A stretch of DNA of 57,602 nucleotides from the NCBI GenBank assembly GCA_045534025.1, contig JAZSIW010000062.1, positions 1 through 57,602 on the forward strand, in the 5' to 3' direction. A program made the translations under genes and the position numbers. Position 1 is the stretch's first letter. Every line of letters starts with the position of its first letter. Source of the DNA: Eubacteriales bacterium. Lineage in GTDB: Bacteria > Bacillota > Clostridia > Oscillospirales > CAG-382. The notes under the pieces were generated by a model that was not told the origin of the DNA, searched no databases, and saw nothing but the letters and a program-made list of their open reading frames with translations. Below, piece after piece: positions 1-9,478 of the stretch.

Positions 1-69
1 TTCAATTTTCAATGTCCGCTCCGCTCTCGGCTCTCCCTCTTCCCGGGCGCTCCCTCAAGCGGCTCAGTT

Positions 70-98
70 AGTATAACACCCTTTTTCCCTTTTGTCAA
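70..98 (-). promoter_or_regulatory. sigma-70-type promoter firing leftward out of the window
   Basis: The minus strand reads TTGACA (98-93), a 17-nt spacer, then TATACT (75-70). The downstream transcript is cut by the window edge. Confidence 0.5.
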
Positions 99-341
99 TA
101 CCTTTTTTGAATTTTTTTGTCATTTATTTGTTTTTGTGCAACACTGCCTCCGGTGTACATTTTCTTGTTCCGTCTATGGGCATTTTGCACAACGCAAATG
201 TGCTTTTTGCGTGCAACTACTTGAATCGCATGATTGATTATCCTTATTTTTCCAAACATATAAAGCAGGCATACGCACATAATATTGTCGAGGCAAAAAA
301 GCCTTGTTTAATATGATTTGTAGTATTTAAGGAGAATAACA

Positions 342-527
342 ATGAAAAAGACTTTAGTACCTTCCGCAAGAGAAGCTATGAACAAGTTTAAGATGGAAGC
401 TGCAAGCGAAGTAGGCGTTAACCTTAAGCAGGGTTACAACGGCGACCTTACCGCAAAGCAGGCCGGTAGCGTTGGCGGTCAGATGGTTAAGAAGATGATC
501 GAAAACGCCGAAAATTCCATGAAATAA
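342..527 (+). CDS. small acid-soluble spore protein, alpha/beta type
   Basis: 61-aa ORF with the two conserved SASP blocks (KFKMEAASEVGV and GDLTAKQAGSVGGQMVKKMIE). AAGGAG lies 7 nt upstream of the ATG and a hairpin terminator follows. Confidence 0.9.
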   Translation: MKKTLVPSAREAMNKFKMEAASEVGVNLKQGYNGDLTAKQAGSVGGQMVKKMIENAENSMK

Positions 528-560
528 GTTTTAGGCCAATTTTAAGCGCATAAAACAAAT

Positions 561-590
561 TAGGGAGGGTTTAGATGCCCTCCCTATTTA
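561..590. terminator. bidirectional rho-independent terminator between convergent genes
   Basis: TAGGGAGGG (561-569), an 8-nt loop, then CCCTCCCTA (578-586) followed by TTTA. It sits between the SASP stop and the stop of the minus-strand lipoprotein gene. Confidence 0.7.
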
Positions 591-908
591 TCATTGCACG
601 AAAACAAAAGTATAAATCGTTCCGCCGTCGGTTTTGATACTAACTACATTGTCCTCAAAAGTAAATTGGCCTTCTAAAACAACAGCATAATCCGAACGCC
701 GACTTATCGTTGTGTGCCCATCATGATCAACTTCAGTTATAAGCAAATAATCCACACCGTCCTTAGTATAAGACGCATAATTATTTCCAAAATCCCAGGT
801 CATGTCAAGCTCTTCGCAATAATACCTCCCCTCTTCGGGACAAACCACCGCCGAACACGCCGTCAAAACCAAAGAAAAGAATAATGCTAATATGCTTATA
901 ATTTTCAT
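591..908 (-). CDS. small lipoprotein, unknown function
   Basis: The N-terminus MKIISILALFFSLVLTAC is a signal peptide plus lipobox. GGAGGG lies 5 nt upstream, and the gene starts 15 nt after the corA-like stop, so it is probably co-transcribed. Confidence 0.6.
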   Translation of the reverse strand: MKIISILALFFSLVLTACSAVVCPEEGRYYCEELDMTWDFGNNYASYTKDGVDYLLITEVDHDGHTTISRRSDYAVVLEGQFTFEDNVVSIKTDGGTIYTFVFVQ

Positions 909-923
909 TAAATCCCTCCATTG

Positions 924-1856
924 TTATAGCCATTTCTTGAAAATTGCAAAAACCGTTGCAAAAGCAGTCAATACAACCGCAACACCAACTACAATCCAAA
1001 AGCCTACGGCATCATGCTCAAATGGCACAGGGGTATTTGCGCCCCATAAAGCAAAAACAATTTGCGGCACGGTAAGAATAATGGTTATTGCCGCCAAAAG
1101 CTTCATAACAGAATTCATATTATTTGATATTACGCCGGAATAAGCGTCCATTGTCCGAGTTAAAATATCTCGATATATGGCGCACATTTCAATCGCCTGT
1201 CTGTTTTCGACTATAACGTCTTCCAAAAGCTCAGCGTCTTCGGGGTAATCGCTTATAAATTTTGTTCTGAGCAACTTCTCCAACACAGCCTCGTCCCCTT
1301 TTAAACCCGTGGAAAAATAAACAAGGCCTTTTTCGATTTTCAAGATTCTGAGAAGTTCTTTATTTCCTGCATTTTTGTTAAGAGCTTTTTCTGCAAAAGT
1401 CCCCTCTTTTTCTGCCTGTCGCAAATAATACAAAAACAAAGTAGCATTTTGATACAGCATGTTTAATACAAACCTTCTATGCTTTTTGGTGCTTGCATTC
1501 TTTACCGCACCGGCAATGACAGAATCGCACAAAGCGGTATTTTTCAAACTTACAGTCACGACCCCTATAGGAGTAAGAAATATACCTAAGGGCAAAGTAT
1601 AATAATCGTTGCCGTTTTCGTTACCTAAACATACAGGCGTGTCTACAATTATAAGTGTACAGTCTCCTTCTGCATCTATACGGCTTCGTTCTTCTTCGTC
1701 CAATGCCGCACGCAAAAACTGTTCAGGAATCGAAAAAGCGCTTTTTAAATAGTTTTGTTCTTCTTCCGTGGGGGCGCTGGCACACACCCAACACCCGGGT
1801 TCAAACTTCATTTTTTCAACAATACAGCCCGAACTTGATAATAAATAACGAATCAT
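924..1856 (-). CDS. CorA-family (2-TM-GxN) divalent cation transporter with a GAN filter variant
   Basis: CorA-like architecture: a cytoplasmic domain, two C-terminal TM helices and a KKWL C-terminus. The loop reads LWGANTPVPFE where CorA has YGMNF. I moved the start to ATG 1856 (MIRYLL) because GGAGG lies 8 nt upstream; the track start at 1889 is a GTG without an RBS. Confidence 0.8.
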   Translation of the reverse strand: MIRYLLSSSGCIVEKMKFEPGCWVCASAPTEEEQNYLKSAFSIPEQFLRAALDEEERSRIDAEGDCTLIIVDTPVCLGNENGNDYYTLPLGIFLTPIGVVTVSLKNTALCDSVIAGAVKNASTKKHRRFVLNMLYQNATLFLYYLRQAEKEGTFAEKALNKNAGNKELLRILKIEKGLVYFSTGLKGDEAVLEKLLRTKFISDYPEDAELLEDVIVENRQAIEMCAIYRDILTRTMDAYSGVISNNMNSVMKLLAAITIILTVPQIVFALWGANTPVPFEHDAVGFWIVVGVAVVLTAFATVFAIFKKWL

Positions 1857-2012
1857 AAATAAAACCTCCAAGTAAATGTGCACAAACACATCACCTGCGA
1901 GGCAAATAATCAGCTTTTCAACGCAGGCAACATGTATTTTAAAAGTTCATAACATAATCGCGGACTGCCACTATCCATTGCCTGCACCTCCAGTTTAATT
2001 GTTGTTACTGTT

Positions 2013-2041
2013 ATTATACACAAAAAAGCTATACGTGTCAA
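2013..2041 (-). promoter_or_regulatory. consensus sigma-70 promoter for the corA-like operon
   Basis: The minus strand reads TTGACA (2041-2036), a 17-nt spacer, then TATAAT (2018-2013). It is followed by a leader of ~150 nt before the start codon. Confidence 0.7.
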
Positions 2042-2054
2042 CAATAATAAAATT

Positions 2055-2083
2055 TAAAGCGCCTGCATTGCGCAAGCGCTTTA
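2055..2083 (-). terminator. rho-independent terminator after groEL
   Basis: Minus strand: TAAAGCGC, a 13-nt loop, GCGCTTTA, then AATTTTATT. It begins 10 nt after the groEL stop. Confidence 0.6.
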
Positions 2084-2092
2084 ATATCCGGT

Positions 2093-4057
<1,965 letters not shown>

Positions 4058-4070
4058 TTACCAGGAAATT

Positions 4071-4099
4071 ATTCTAACATAATTTGCCATAATATTCAA
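4071..4099 (-). promoter_or_regulatory. candidate sigma-70 promoter of groES-groEL
   Basis: The minus strand reads TTGAAT (4099-4094), a 17-nt spacer, then TAGAAT (4076-4071). The leader is ~37 nt with no inverted repeat. Confidence 0.5.
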
Positions 4100-4148
4100 T
4101 AGCTTTTACAAAAAACATTCAGACAGCAAAGGACAAACATTGACAAAA

Positions 4149-5273
4149 CTACTTGTTGTTTTTAAAAAATTGATAAAAAGTGCAAGGTATCATTCCGTTA
4201 TACAATTTGCGGGCTTTATCTGAACAGCGTCCAAAACAACGCTCAAACATGTCGTTGCAAGTCAAAACATAAATTTGCCACAGAGGCACTTCTTTACTGA
4301 ATGCTTTACCCATATCCCTATACAAAAGCTCAGCTTCTTTTCTATCGCTCATACGCTCACCGTAAGGCGGATTAGTTACAATTGTACCGCGAGCACCTTT
4401 AACGGGAGATTTAAACTTACGCACATCGGCAACATCAAACTTTACAACATCTTCCACACCTGCACGCTTAGCGTTTTGAACAGAAATATCTATACATTTT
4501 TTATCTATGTCATAACCAAAAATGCCGCCATCCCAAGTTTTTTGTAACGCTTTTGCTTCATCCTTCGCTCTACTCCACACAGAAGTGTCAAAAAAACTTA
4601 GACTTTCCCCCGCAAACCTTCTTTTTATTCCCGGCGCAGTGTTGGTAGCCAATAACGCCGCCTCGATTGCAATAGTTCCGCTACCGCACAAAGGGTCAAC
4701 TGTAAGTACGTTTTCCCTTGGACGAGAAAGCTTAACAAGTGCTGCAGCCAAAGTTTCCCGCAGAGGAGCATCGTTTGCTTCAAGACGATATCCTCTTTTA
4801 TGCAAACCCGGACCTGATGTATCAATCATTATTGCAGCCTTATCTTTGAAAATGAAAAATTCAATTTGTACTTTATTGCCATTTTCAGGAAACACACTTA
4901 AACCGTAGCTTTTTTTAAGTTTTTCAACAACAGCCTTTTTTATTATTTTTTGACAATCGGGAACCGAAAACAACTTAGATTTTATAGCGTGACCTTTTAC
5001 AGGAAACGCACCATCTTTAGGTATGTATTCCTGCCAAGGCAACGCCTTCACACCCTCAAAAAGCCCCTCAAAATCATAGGCATAAAACTCGCCAATCAAG
5101 ACAAAAAGACGTTCGGCATATCTAAAAAACACGTTGCATCTTGCAACAGCTTCGGGAGGGGCTTCAAAAACAACTCTGCCGTCTATGGTTTCCAGCCTTT
5201 TATAACCGAGCGCATCGATATCTTCCGCCACAAATTTTTCCATACCAAAAAGACAACTTGCTACAAATAACAT
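4149..5273 (-). CDS. THUMP-domain class I SAM-dependent RNA methyltransferase (RlmL/YpsC-like)
   Basis: 374 aa with SAM motif I (DPLCGSGTIAIEA), catalytic motif IV (TNPPYGER) and an N-terminal THUMP-like region. Confidence 0.85.
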   Translation of the reverse strand: MLFVASCLFGMEKFVAEDIDALGYKRLETIDGRVVFEAPPEAVARCNVFFRYAERLFVLIGEFYAYDFEGLFEGVKALPWQEYIPKDGAFPVKGHAIKSKLFSVPDCQKIIKKAVVEKLKKSYGLSVFPENGNKVQIEFFIFKDKAAIMIDTSGPGLHKRGYRLEANDAPLRETLAAALVKLSRPRENVLTVDPLCGSGTIAIEAALLATNTAPGIKRRFAGESLSFFDTSVWSRAKDEAKALQKTWDGGIFGYDIDKKCIDISVQNAKRAGVEDVVKFDVADVRKFKSPVKGARGTIVTNPPYGERMSDRKEAELLYRDMGKAFSKEVPLWQIYVLTCNDMFERCFGRCSDKARKLYNGMIPCTFYQFFKNNK

Positions 5274-5343
5274 ATTTACTCCTAAATTCAGTTTAAAACA
5301 TAATAACTTTTATATATTAACACAAAATAAACTTTTGCATAAA

Positions 5344-5369
5344 GGTGCCGAGCAACATTGCCCGGCACC
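5344..5369 (-). terminator. hairpin terminator after hpf
   Basis: Minus strand: GGTGCCG, a 12-nt loop, CGGCACC, then TTTATGC. The U-tract is weak. Confidence 0.5.
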
Positions 5370-5394
5370 AAACAATATATATCAACATTAAAAA

Positions 5395-5916
5395 TTAATC
5401 AACAGGCTCTATAACGCCGTAACTTTCACCTTTGCGTTTATACACTACATTCAGCGCGCCCGTGTCGTAATTCCTGAAAACATAAAATTCATGAGACAGC
5501 AAATTCATCTGCATAATTGCCTCTTCTACAGACATCGGCGAAATTTCAAACTGCTTAACTTTTGATATCTTAAGTTCTTCCTCAACATCACCGTCGGCGA
5601 GATCTGCAAACGTATCTTTTGCAAAGTGCATTTTCTTTTCAAGGCGCGTGCGATTTTTTCTTATCTGCCTTTCAAGAATATCTTCAACACGGTCAATTGC
5701 ATTATAAACCTCTTTGTCTGTTTCCTCAGAACGGAAGATGGCACCGTTTTGTCTTATGGTTACCTCCACACGAACCTTATTTCCCTCTTCCTTCAACGAC
5801 ACTTTAGCTTCGGTTTCCTTCGGGAAGAATTTGTCAAGCTTGTCCAACTTCTTTTGAAGTCTCTCTTTAACATCATCAGTAAGCTCGTACTTTCTGGTAA
5901 GGATAGTTAACTTCAT
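5395..5916 (-). CDS. hpf: ribosome hibernation promoting factor, long form
   Basis: 173 aa. The N-terminal S30AE/RaiA fold (MKLTILTRKYELTDDVKERLQKKL) plus a C-terminal dimerisation domain (PMSVEEAIMQMNLLSHEFYVFRN) is typical of long HPF. Confidence 0.93.
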   Translation of the reverse strand: MKLTILTRKYELTDDVKERLQKKLDKLDKFFPKETEAKVSLKEEGNKVRVEVTIRQNGAIFRSEETDKEVYNAIDRVEDILERQIRKNRTRLEKKMHFAKDTFADLADGDVEEELKISKVKQFEISPMSVEEAIMQMNLLSHEFYVFRNYDTGALNVVYKRKGESYGVIEPVD

Positions 5917-6004
5917 GCCTTACATCGTGTGCTACCATGTATCAATCGGTAGCAACACACTCCCTTCTCAAAGTATTGTCAGAAGTGTTAACTTCTGTTA
6001 ACAC

Positions 6005-6033
6005 ATGATAACATATTAGTGTAAAAATGTCAA
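6005..6033 (-). promoter_or_regulatory. candidate sigma-70 promoter of hpf
   Basis: The minus strand reads TTGACA (6033-6028), a 17-nt spacer, then TATCAT (6010-6005). Confidence 0.55.
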
Positions 6034-6070
6034 CACATTTTTGCAATCCGCAACACAAATTGTGCACATT

Positions 6071-6904
6071 TCACAAAACTGTACTTGCGTGACGGGTAGC
6101 ATGACAAGATACGTTAACCGCTACAGGCAGACCGGCTATATGTGTAGGGGCTGTTTCAACGCCTACCCATAAACAAGTAGTCTTGCCGCCAAAGCCTTGT
6201 GGGCCTATATTTAGCTTATTAATCTCCGAAAGAATTTTTGCCTCAAGTTCGCCGTTTTTCTTATCCGACTTTCCCACGGTATGCGTCAAAGCTTTTTTTG
6301 CCAAAAAAGCACAATAATCAAAACTGCCGCCTATGCCAACACCTAAAATTATAGGCGGACACGGATTAGCATCCGCACCTTTTACAACATCGCAAACAAA
6401 TTCAATAATATCATCAACGCTTGCAGTAGGGTTAAACATTTTTATCTTACTCATATTCTCACTGCCAAATCCCTTTGGCATAGCCGTTATCTTAATCTTG
6501 TTACCTTTAACAAGCTTCGTGTATATTATCGCAGGTGTGTTGGTATCGGTATTTACACGTGTTAATGGGTCAGCTACAGAAAGTCTGAGTTTTCCGTCTA
6601 AATACGCTTTTTTAACACCGTTATTAATCGCCCTTTCATAATCTCCGACAATATGAACATCCTGCCCCATCTCAACAAATACAAAAGCCATCCCCGTATC
6701 CTGACATATAGGCACTCCTGTTGTTTTTGCCGCTTCTGCGTTGGCGCAAAGATTGCGCATAACGTCAGCAGCACGCGCATCTTCTTCAACCTTTACAGCA
6801 CGTTTCATTGCCGTGTATACATCATAAGGCAGCACAACAGCCGCTTGTTTAAACAAACGACAAACTTCGTTTTCGATAACTTTAGCATTAACTTCTCTAA
6901 TCAC
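6071..6904 (-). CDS. class I (Fe-S) fumarate/tartrate hydro-lyase, alpha subunit
   Basis: Matches the Fe-S hydro-lyase alpha region (ICQDTGMAFVFVEMGQDV, PCPPIILGVGIGGSFD). I moved the start to GTG 6904 (VIREVNAKVIE), which has GGGAGGG 4 nt upstream and fits the usual MREI N-terminus. The track start is TTG 6922. Confidence 0.85.
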   Translation of the reverse strand: MIREVNAKVIENEVCRLFKQAAVVLPYDVYTAMKRAVKVEEDARAADVMRNLCANAEAAKTTGVPICQDTGMAFVFVEMGQDVHIVGDYERAINNGVKKAYLDGKLRLSVADPLTRVNTDTNTPAIIYTKLVKGNKIKITAMPKGFGSENMSKIKMFNPTASVDDIIEFVCDVVKGADANPCPPIILGVGIGGSFDYCAFLAKKALTHTVGKSDKKNGELEAKILSEINKLNIGPQGFGGKTTCLWVGVETAPTHIAGLPVAVNVSCHATRHASTVL

Positions 6905-6927
6905 ATGACCCTCCCACAACAAAACAA

Positions 6928-6949
6928 AAGCAGCGGTTTCCCGCCGCTT
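6928..6949 (-). terminator. hairpin terminator after divIC
   Basis: Minus strand: AAGCGGCGG, loop GAAA, CCGCTGCTT, then TTGTTTTGTTG. The U-rich tail runs straight into the RBS of the fumarate hydratase gene. Confidence 0.6.
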
Positions 6950-6959
6950 ATATTAAAAA

Positions 6960-7235
6960 CTAATCCGCAAAATCATTATAAAAAATAATTTCGTTGCTAA
7001 AGTGATAATTAAGTTCTCTTGCGCGGCGTTCATAATAATCGTCATCTTTTTCTTGAGAAAGGATTATATTATATTCCGCAATATCATCTTCTAAAGCAAT
7101 TATTTGCTCGTCTTGCTGTTTCAAAGTATCGCTCAATGCGTTCATATTAATTTGCAAGTTAATAATCGCAATTAAAAACACAACTATTAAGCAATAAACC
7201 GTTATACGAACTATTGAGTTCCTGTTTTTAACCAT
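6960..7235 (-). CDS. divIC: septum formation initiator family protein (DivIC/FtsB)
   Basis: 91 aa with one N-terminal TM helix followed by a coiled coil (LSDTLKQQDEQIIALEDDIAEYN). It sits after yabQ, as in Bacillus. Confidence 0.7.
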   Translation of the reverse strand: MVKNRNSIVRITVYCLIVVFLIAIINLQINMNALSDTLKQQDEQIIALEDDIAEYNIILSQEKDDDYYERRARELNYHFSNEIIFYNDFAD

Positions 7236-7255
7236 AATACTTTACCACACAAAAT

Positions 7256-7681
7256 CTAATTTATAACGCCGCCACTCTTTGATATCCTGAAACGCGTGTA
7301 ACGAGATGCACGCATACGGCTCATTCGGCTTTTTACACAACGGCAAAACGAAGACACATAGGGACTTATAAAAGCCTTTACTATCTTTACCAACGGCACC
7401 GTCAGCATCCCCAACGAAAACCTGTAAATAAAGAAGCCGAACAGTGTGCCCAATGCAAGAAAAAGCCGTACAACACCAAGACTTACATTAAAACAAAAAA
7501 CCGTAAAAGCCATTGATGCCAGCACGCAAAAAAACACGTCATCAAAAAACAAACGCACCCGACCGGCGATAAAAACGGCACGTACAATGCGAAAAACATC
7601 ATACAAGGCGCCTACCACAAGCCCGCAAAGCATAGCGCACAAAAAAGCACCGCTTCGCTGTTCTTCAACAAAAAGCCACAT
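7256..7681 (-). CDS. yabQ: spore cortex biosynthesis protein YabQ
   Basis: 141-aa polytopic membrane protein with a YabQ-like N-terminus (GALYDVFRIVR). It lies immediately downstream of yabP. Confidence 0.75.
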   Translation of the reverse strand: MWLFVEEQRSGAFLCAMLCGLVVGALYDVFRIVRAVFIAGRVRLFFDDVFFCVLASMAFTVFCFNVSLGVVRLFLALGTLFGFFIYRFSLGMLTVPLVKIVKAFISPYVSSFCRCVKSRMSRMRASRYTRFRISKSGGVIN

Positions 7682-7684
7682 AGT

Positions 7685-7954
7685 TTAACCAAACCACTTA
7701 GAAAACAAACCACGCTTTGGCTGTTCTTCGGTATAGATGATCGCATCAATCCTGCCGGAAATATTTACCTCTCCGTTTTCAAGAGACAACTTTACTATCG
7801 AAAGACCTTGCCCCCCTACAGTTAACACAACACCTTGACAATCCAAACTTACAAGCTCATCATCAAAGCTTATGACTTCGTTTATCCCGGTAAGTGCAAG
7901 AAAGGAACGCCCTGTAAGCATTGCCGATGAATTGCTCTTTGCGTCTGACATCAA
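7685..7954 (-). CDS. yabP: sporulation protein YabP
   Basis: 89 aa. The pattern LTGINEVISFDDELVSLDCQGVVLTVGGQGLSIVKLSLENGEVNISGRIDAI matches the YabP family. Confidence 0.85.
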   Translation of the reverse strand: MMSDAKSNSSAMLTGRSFLALTGINEVISFDDELVSLDCQGVVLTVGGQGLSIVKLSLENGEVNISGRIDAIIYTEEQPKRGLFSKWFG

Positions 7955-8008
7955 AACACACCCTTAATAATTAATATATAACAGTGTATTCACAATGCCA
8001 ACAGTTTA

Positions 8009-8248
8009 TTACAAAACCTCGTACATAGTTGAAGCATCGTTTTTTGATACGTGCTCCGTTAACGCCAAGACCTTAAACTTCAAAGTCCTGTTTCCAAAAG
8101 CCACTTCTACTATATCGCCAATCTTCAGAATACGAGAGGCCTTTGCTGCTGCACCGTTGACCGTAACATAAGAATTGTCACAAGCTTCATTCGCAACAGT
8201 ACGTCGCTTAATAATACGTGACACCTTCAAAAACTTATCAAGACGCAA
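8009..8248 (-). CDS. S4-domain RNA-binding protein (YabO/Hsp15-like)
   Basis: 79 aa. MRLDKFLKVSRIIKRRTVA is a canonical S4 N-terminus, and the gene occupies the yabO position. Confidence 0.85.
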   Translation of the reverse strand: MRLDKFLKVSRIIKRRTVANEACDNSYVTVNGAAAKASRILKIGDIVEVAFGNRTLKFKVLALTEHVSKNDASTMYEVL

Positions 8249-8277
8249 AACAAAAGCCTCCCTAAAATTTCAAATGC

Positions 8278-8553
8278 TTATTTGTTAACAGAATCCTTAA
8301 AGCACTTTGCAGGAACAAATGCAGGAACCTTGGATGCGGGAACAACAAGAGTCTCACCGGTTCTGGGGTTTTTACCTGTTCTTTCTTTTCTTTCCTTTAC
8401 CTTAAATGTACCAAAGCCTGCGATCTGAACCTTATCGCCTTCGCTCAAAGCGCTCTGAAGAGATGCGAAAACACTGTTAACGGCAATCTCAGCGTCCTTC
8501 TTCTTAATGCCGGTTGCTGCAACAACGTTTTCAATAAGATTAGATTTGTTCAT
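8278..8553 (-). CDS. hup: DNA-binding protein HU
   Basis: 91 aa. MNKSNLIENVVA...GFGTFKVKERKERTGKNPRTGE is the HU/IHF signature. Confidence 0.95.
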   Translation of the reverse strand: MNKSNLIENVVAATGIKKKDAEIAVNSVFASLQSALSEGDKVQIAGFGTFKVKERKERTGKNPRTGETLVVPASKVPAFVPAKCFKDSVNK

Positions 8554-8642
8554 AATTAACTCCTTAAAAATTTTATTATTAGCCTTATTATAACATTAAA
8601 AACTCAACATTTCAATAGCTTACAACAAAAAAATAGCAAATT

Positions 8643-9476
8643 TTATACATTTTTTGTGTTTTCTTTAGCATTTTCCCACAGTTCAAGCATCTCTTTTGCA
8701 CTTTTATCTTTTAGCATGCAACCATCAGAAAGCGCCTGCTTTTCAACCAAAGCAAATCTTTTGCAGAACTTTTCGTTAGCTTTGTGTAAAGCTTCCTCCG
8801 AATCCACGCCCGAAAGTCTGGCGGTATTAACCACCGCCAAAAGCAAATCGCCCGTTTCTTCCTCGATGTGCTCAATATCACTTTTGGCCAAAGCCTCTCT
8901 AAGCTCTCTTATTTCTTCTTCTACCTTGTCAAGTGCTTCTTCCGCCGACGCAAAATCAAAGTTTTGCTTGGCAGCTTTTTGACCGATCTTATGTGCACGC
9001 ATCAAGGCCGGCAACGCTTGTGAAATATTGGCAATGCTTTCTGTAGCAGTTTTTGCGCCTTTCGTAGCCTGCTTTATACTCTCCCAATTTGACAAAACTT
9101 CCGCGGTGCCGCTAACCGCCACATCGCCGAAAACATGGGGATGACGTATAATCAACTTCTTACATATACCCGTTATAACATCAACAATATCAAATCCGCC
9201 ATTAGCATCAGAAATACTGGCATGCAATAAAGCTTGAAGCATTACATCCCCAAGTTCTTCACATAACAGCTCAGGATTGCCGGTATCTATAGCTTCCGCA
9301 GCTTCGTAGGCCTCTTCTATCATATTTTTTCGTATACTCTTATGGGTTTGCTCTCTGTCCCACGGACAACCTCTTTCGTGACGCAAAACCTCAACAAGTA
9401 AACAAAAATCATCAAAAGAAAACGTTTCTTTGGATTTAAGCGCTTCTACGGACAAGTCAAAATCAAAAGTAGCCAT
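8643..9476 (-). CDS. mazG: MazG nucleoside triphosphate pyrophosphohydrolase (tandem MazG domains)
   Basis: 277 aa with two EExxE/D metal motifs (EELGDVMLQ and EETGDLLLAV). It occupies the yabN position. Confidence 0.9.
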   Translation of the reverse strand: MATFDFDLSVEALKSKETFSFDDFCLLVEVLRHERGCPWDREQTHKSIRKNMIEEAYEAAEAIDTGNPELLCEELGDVMLQALLHASISDANGGFDIVDVITGICKKLIIRHPHVFGDVAVSGTAEVLSNWESIKQATKGAKTATESIANISQALPALMRAHKIGQKAAKQNFDFASAEEALDKVEEEIRELREALAKSDIEHIEEETGDLLLAVVNTARLSGVDSEEALHKANEKFCKRFALVEKQALSDGCMLKDKSAKEMLELWENAKENTKNV

Positions 9477-9478
9477 AT

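Noticed and set aside
92-316. 74-aa ORF upstream of the SASP gene
   Set aside because: It has a TTG start that overlaps the -35 of the leftward promoter and no RBS. The translation is AT-rich, low-complexity and Phe/Asn/Leu-rich. The region is better explained as intergenic regulatory DNA.
1857-2012. Possible M-box (Mg2+) riboswitch in the corA-like leader
   Set aside because: I could not find the conserved M-box sequence blocks as I remember them, and the leader is shorter and simpler. It is kept only as an unclassified structured leader in the findings. An Rfam scan is needed to settle it.
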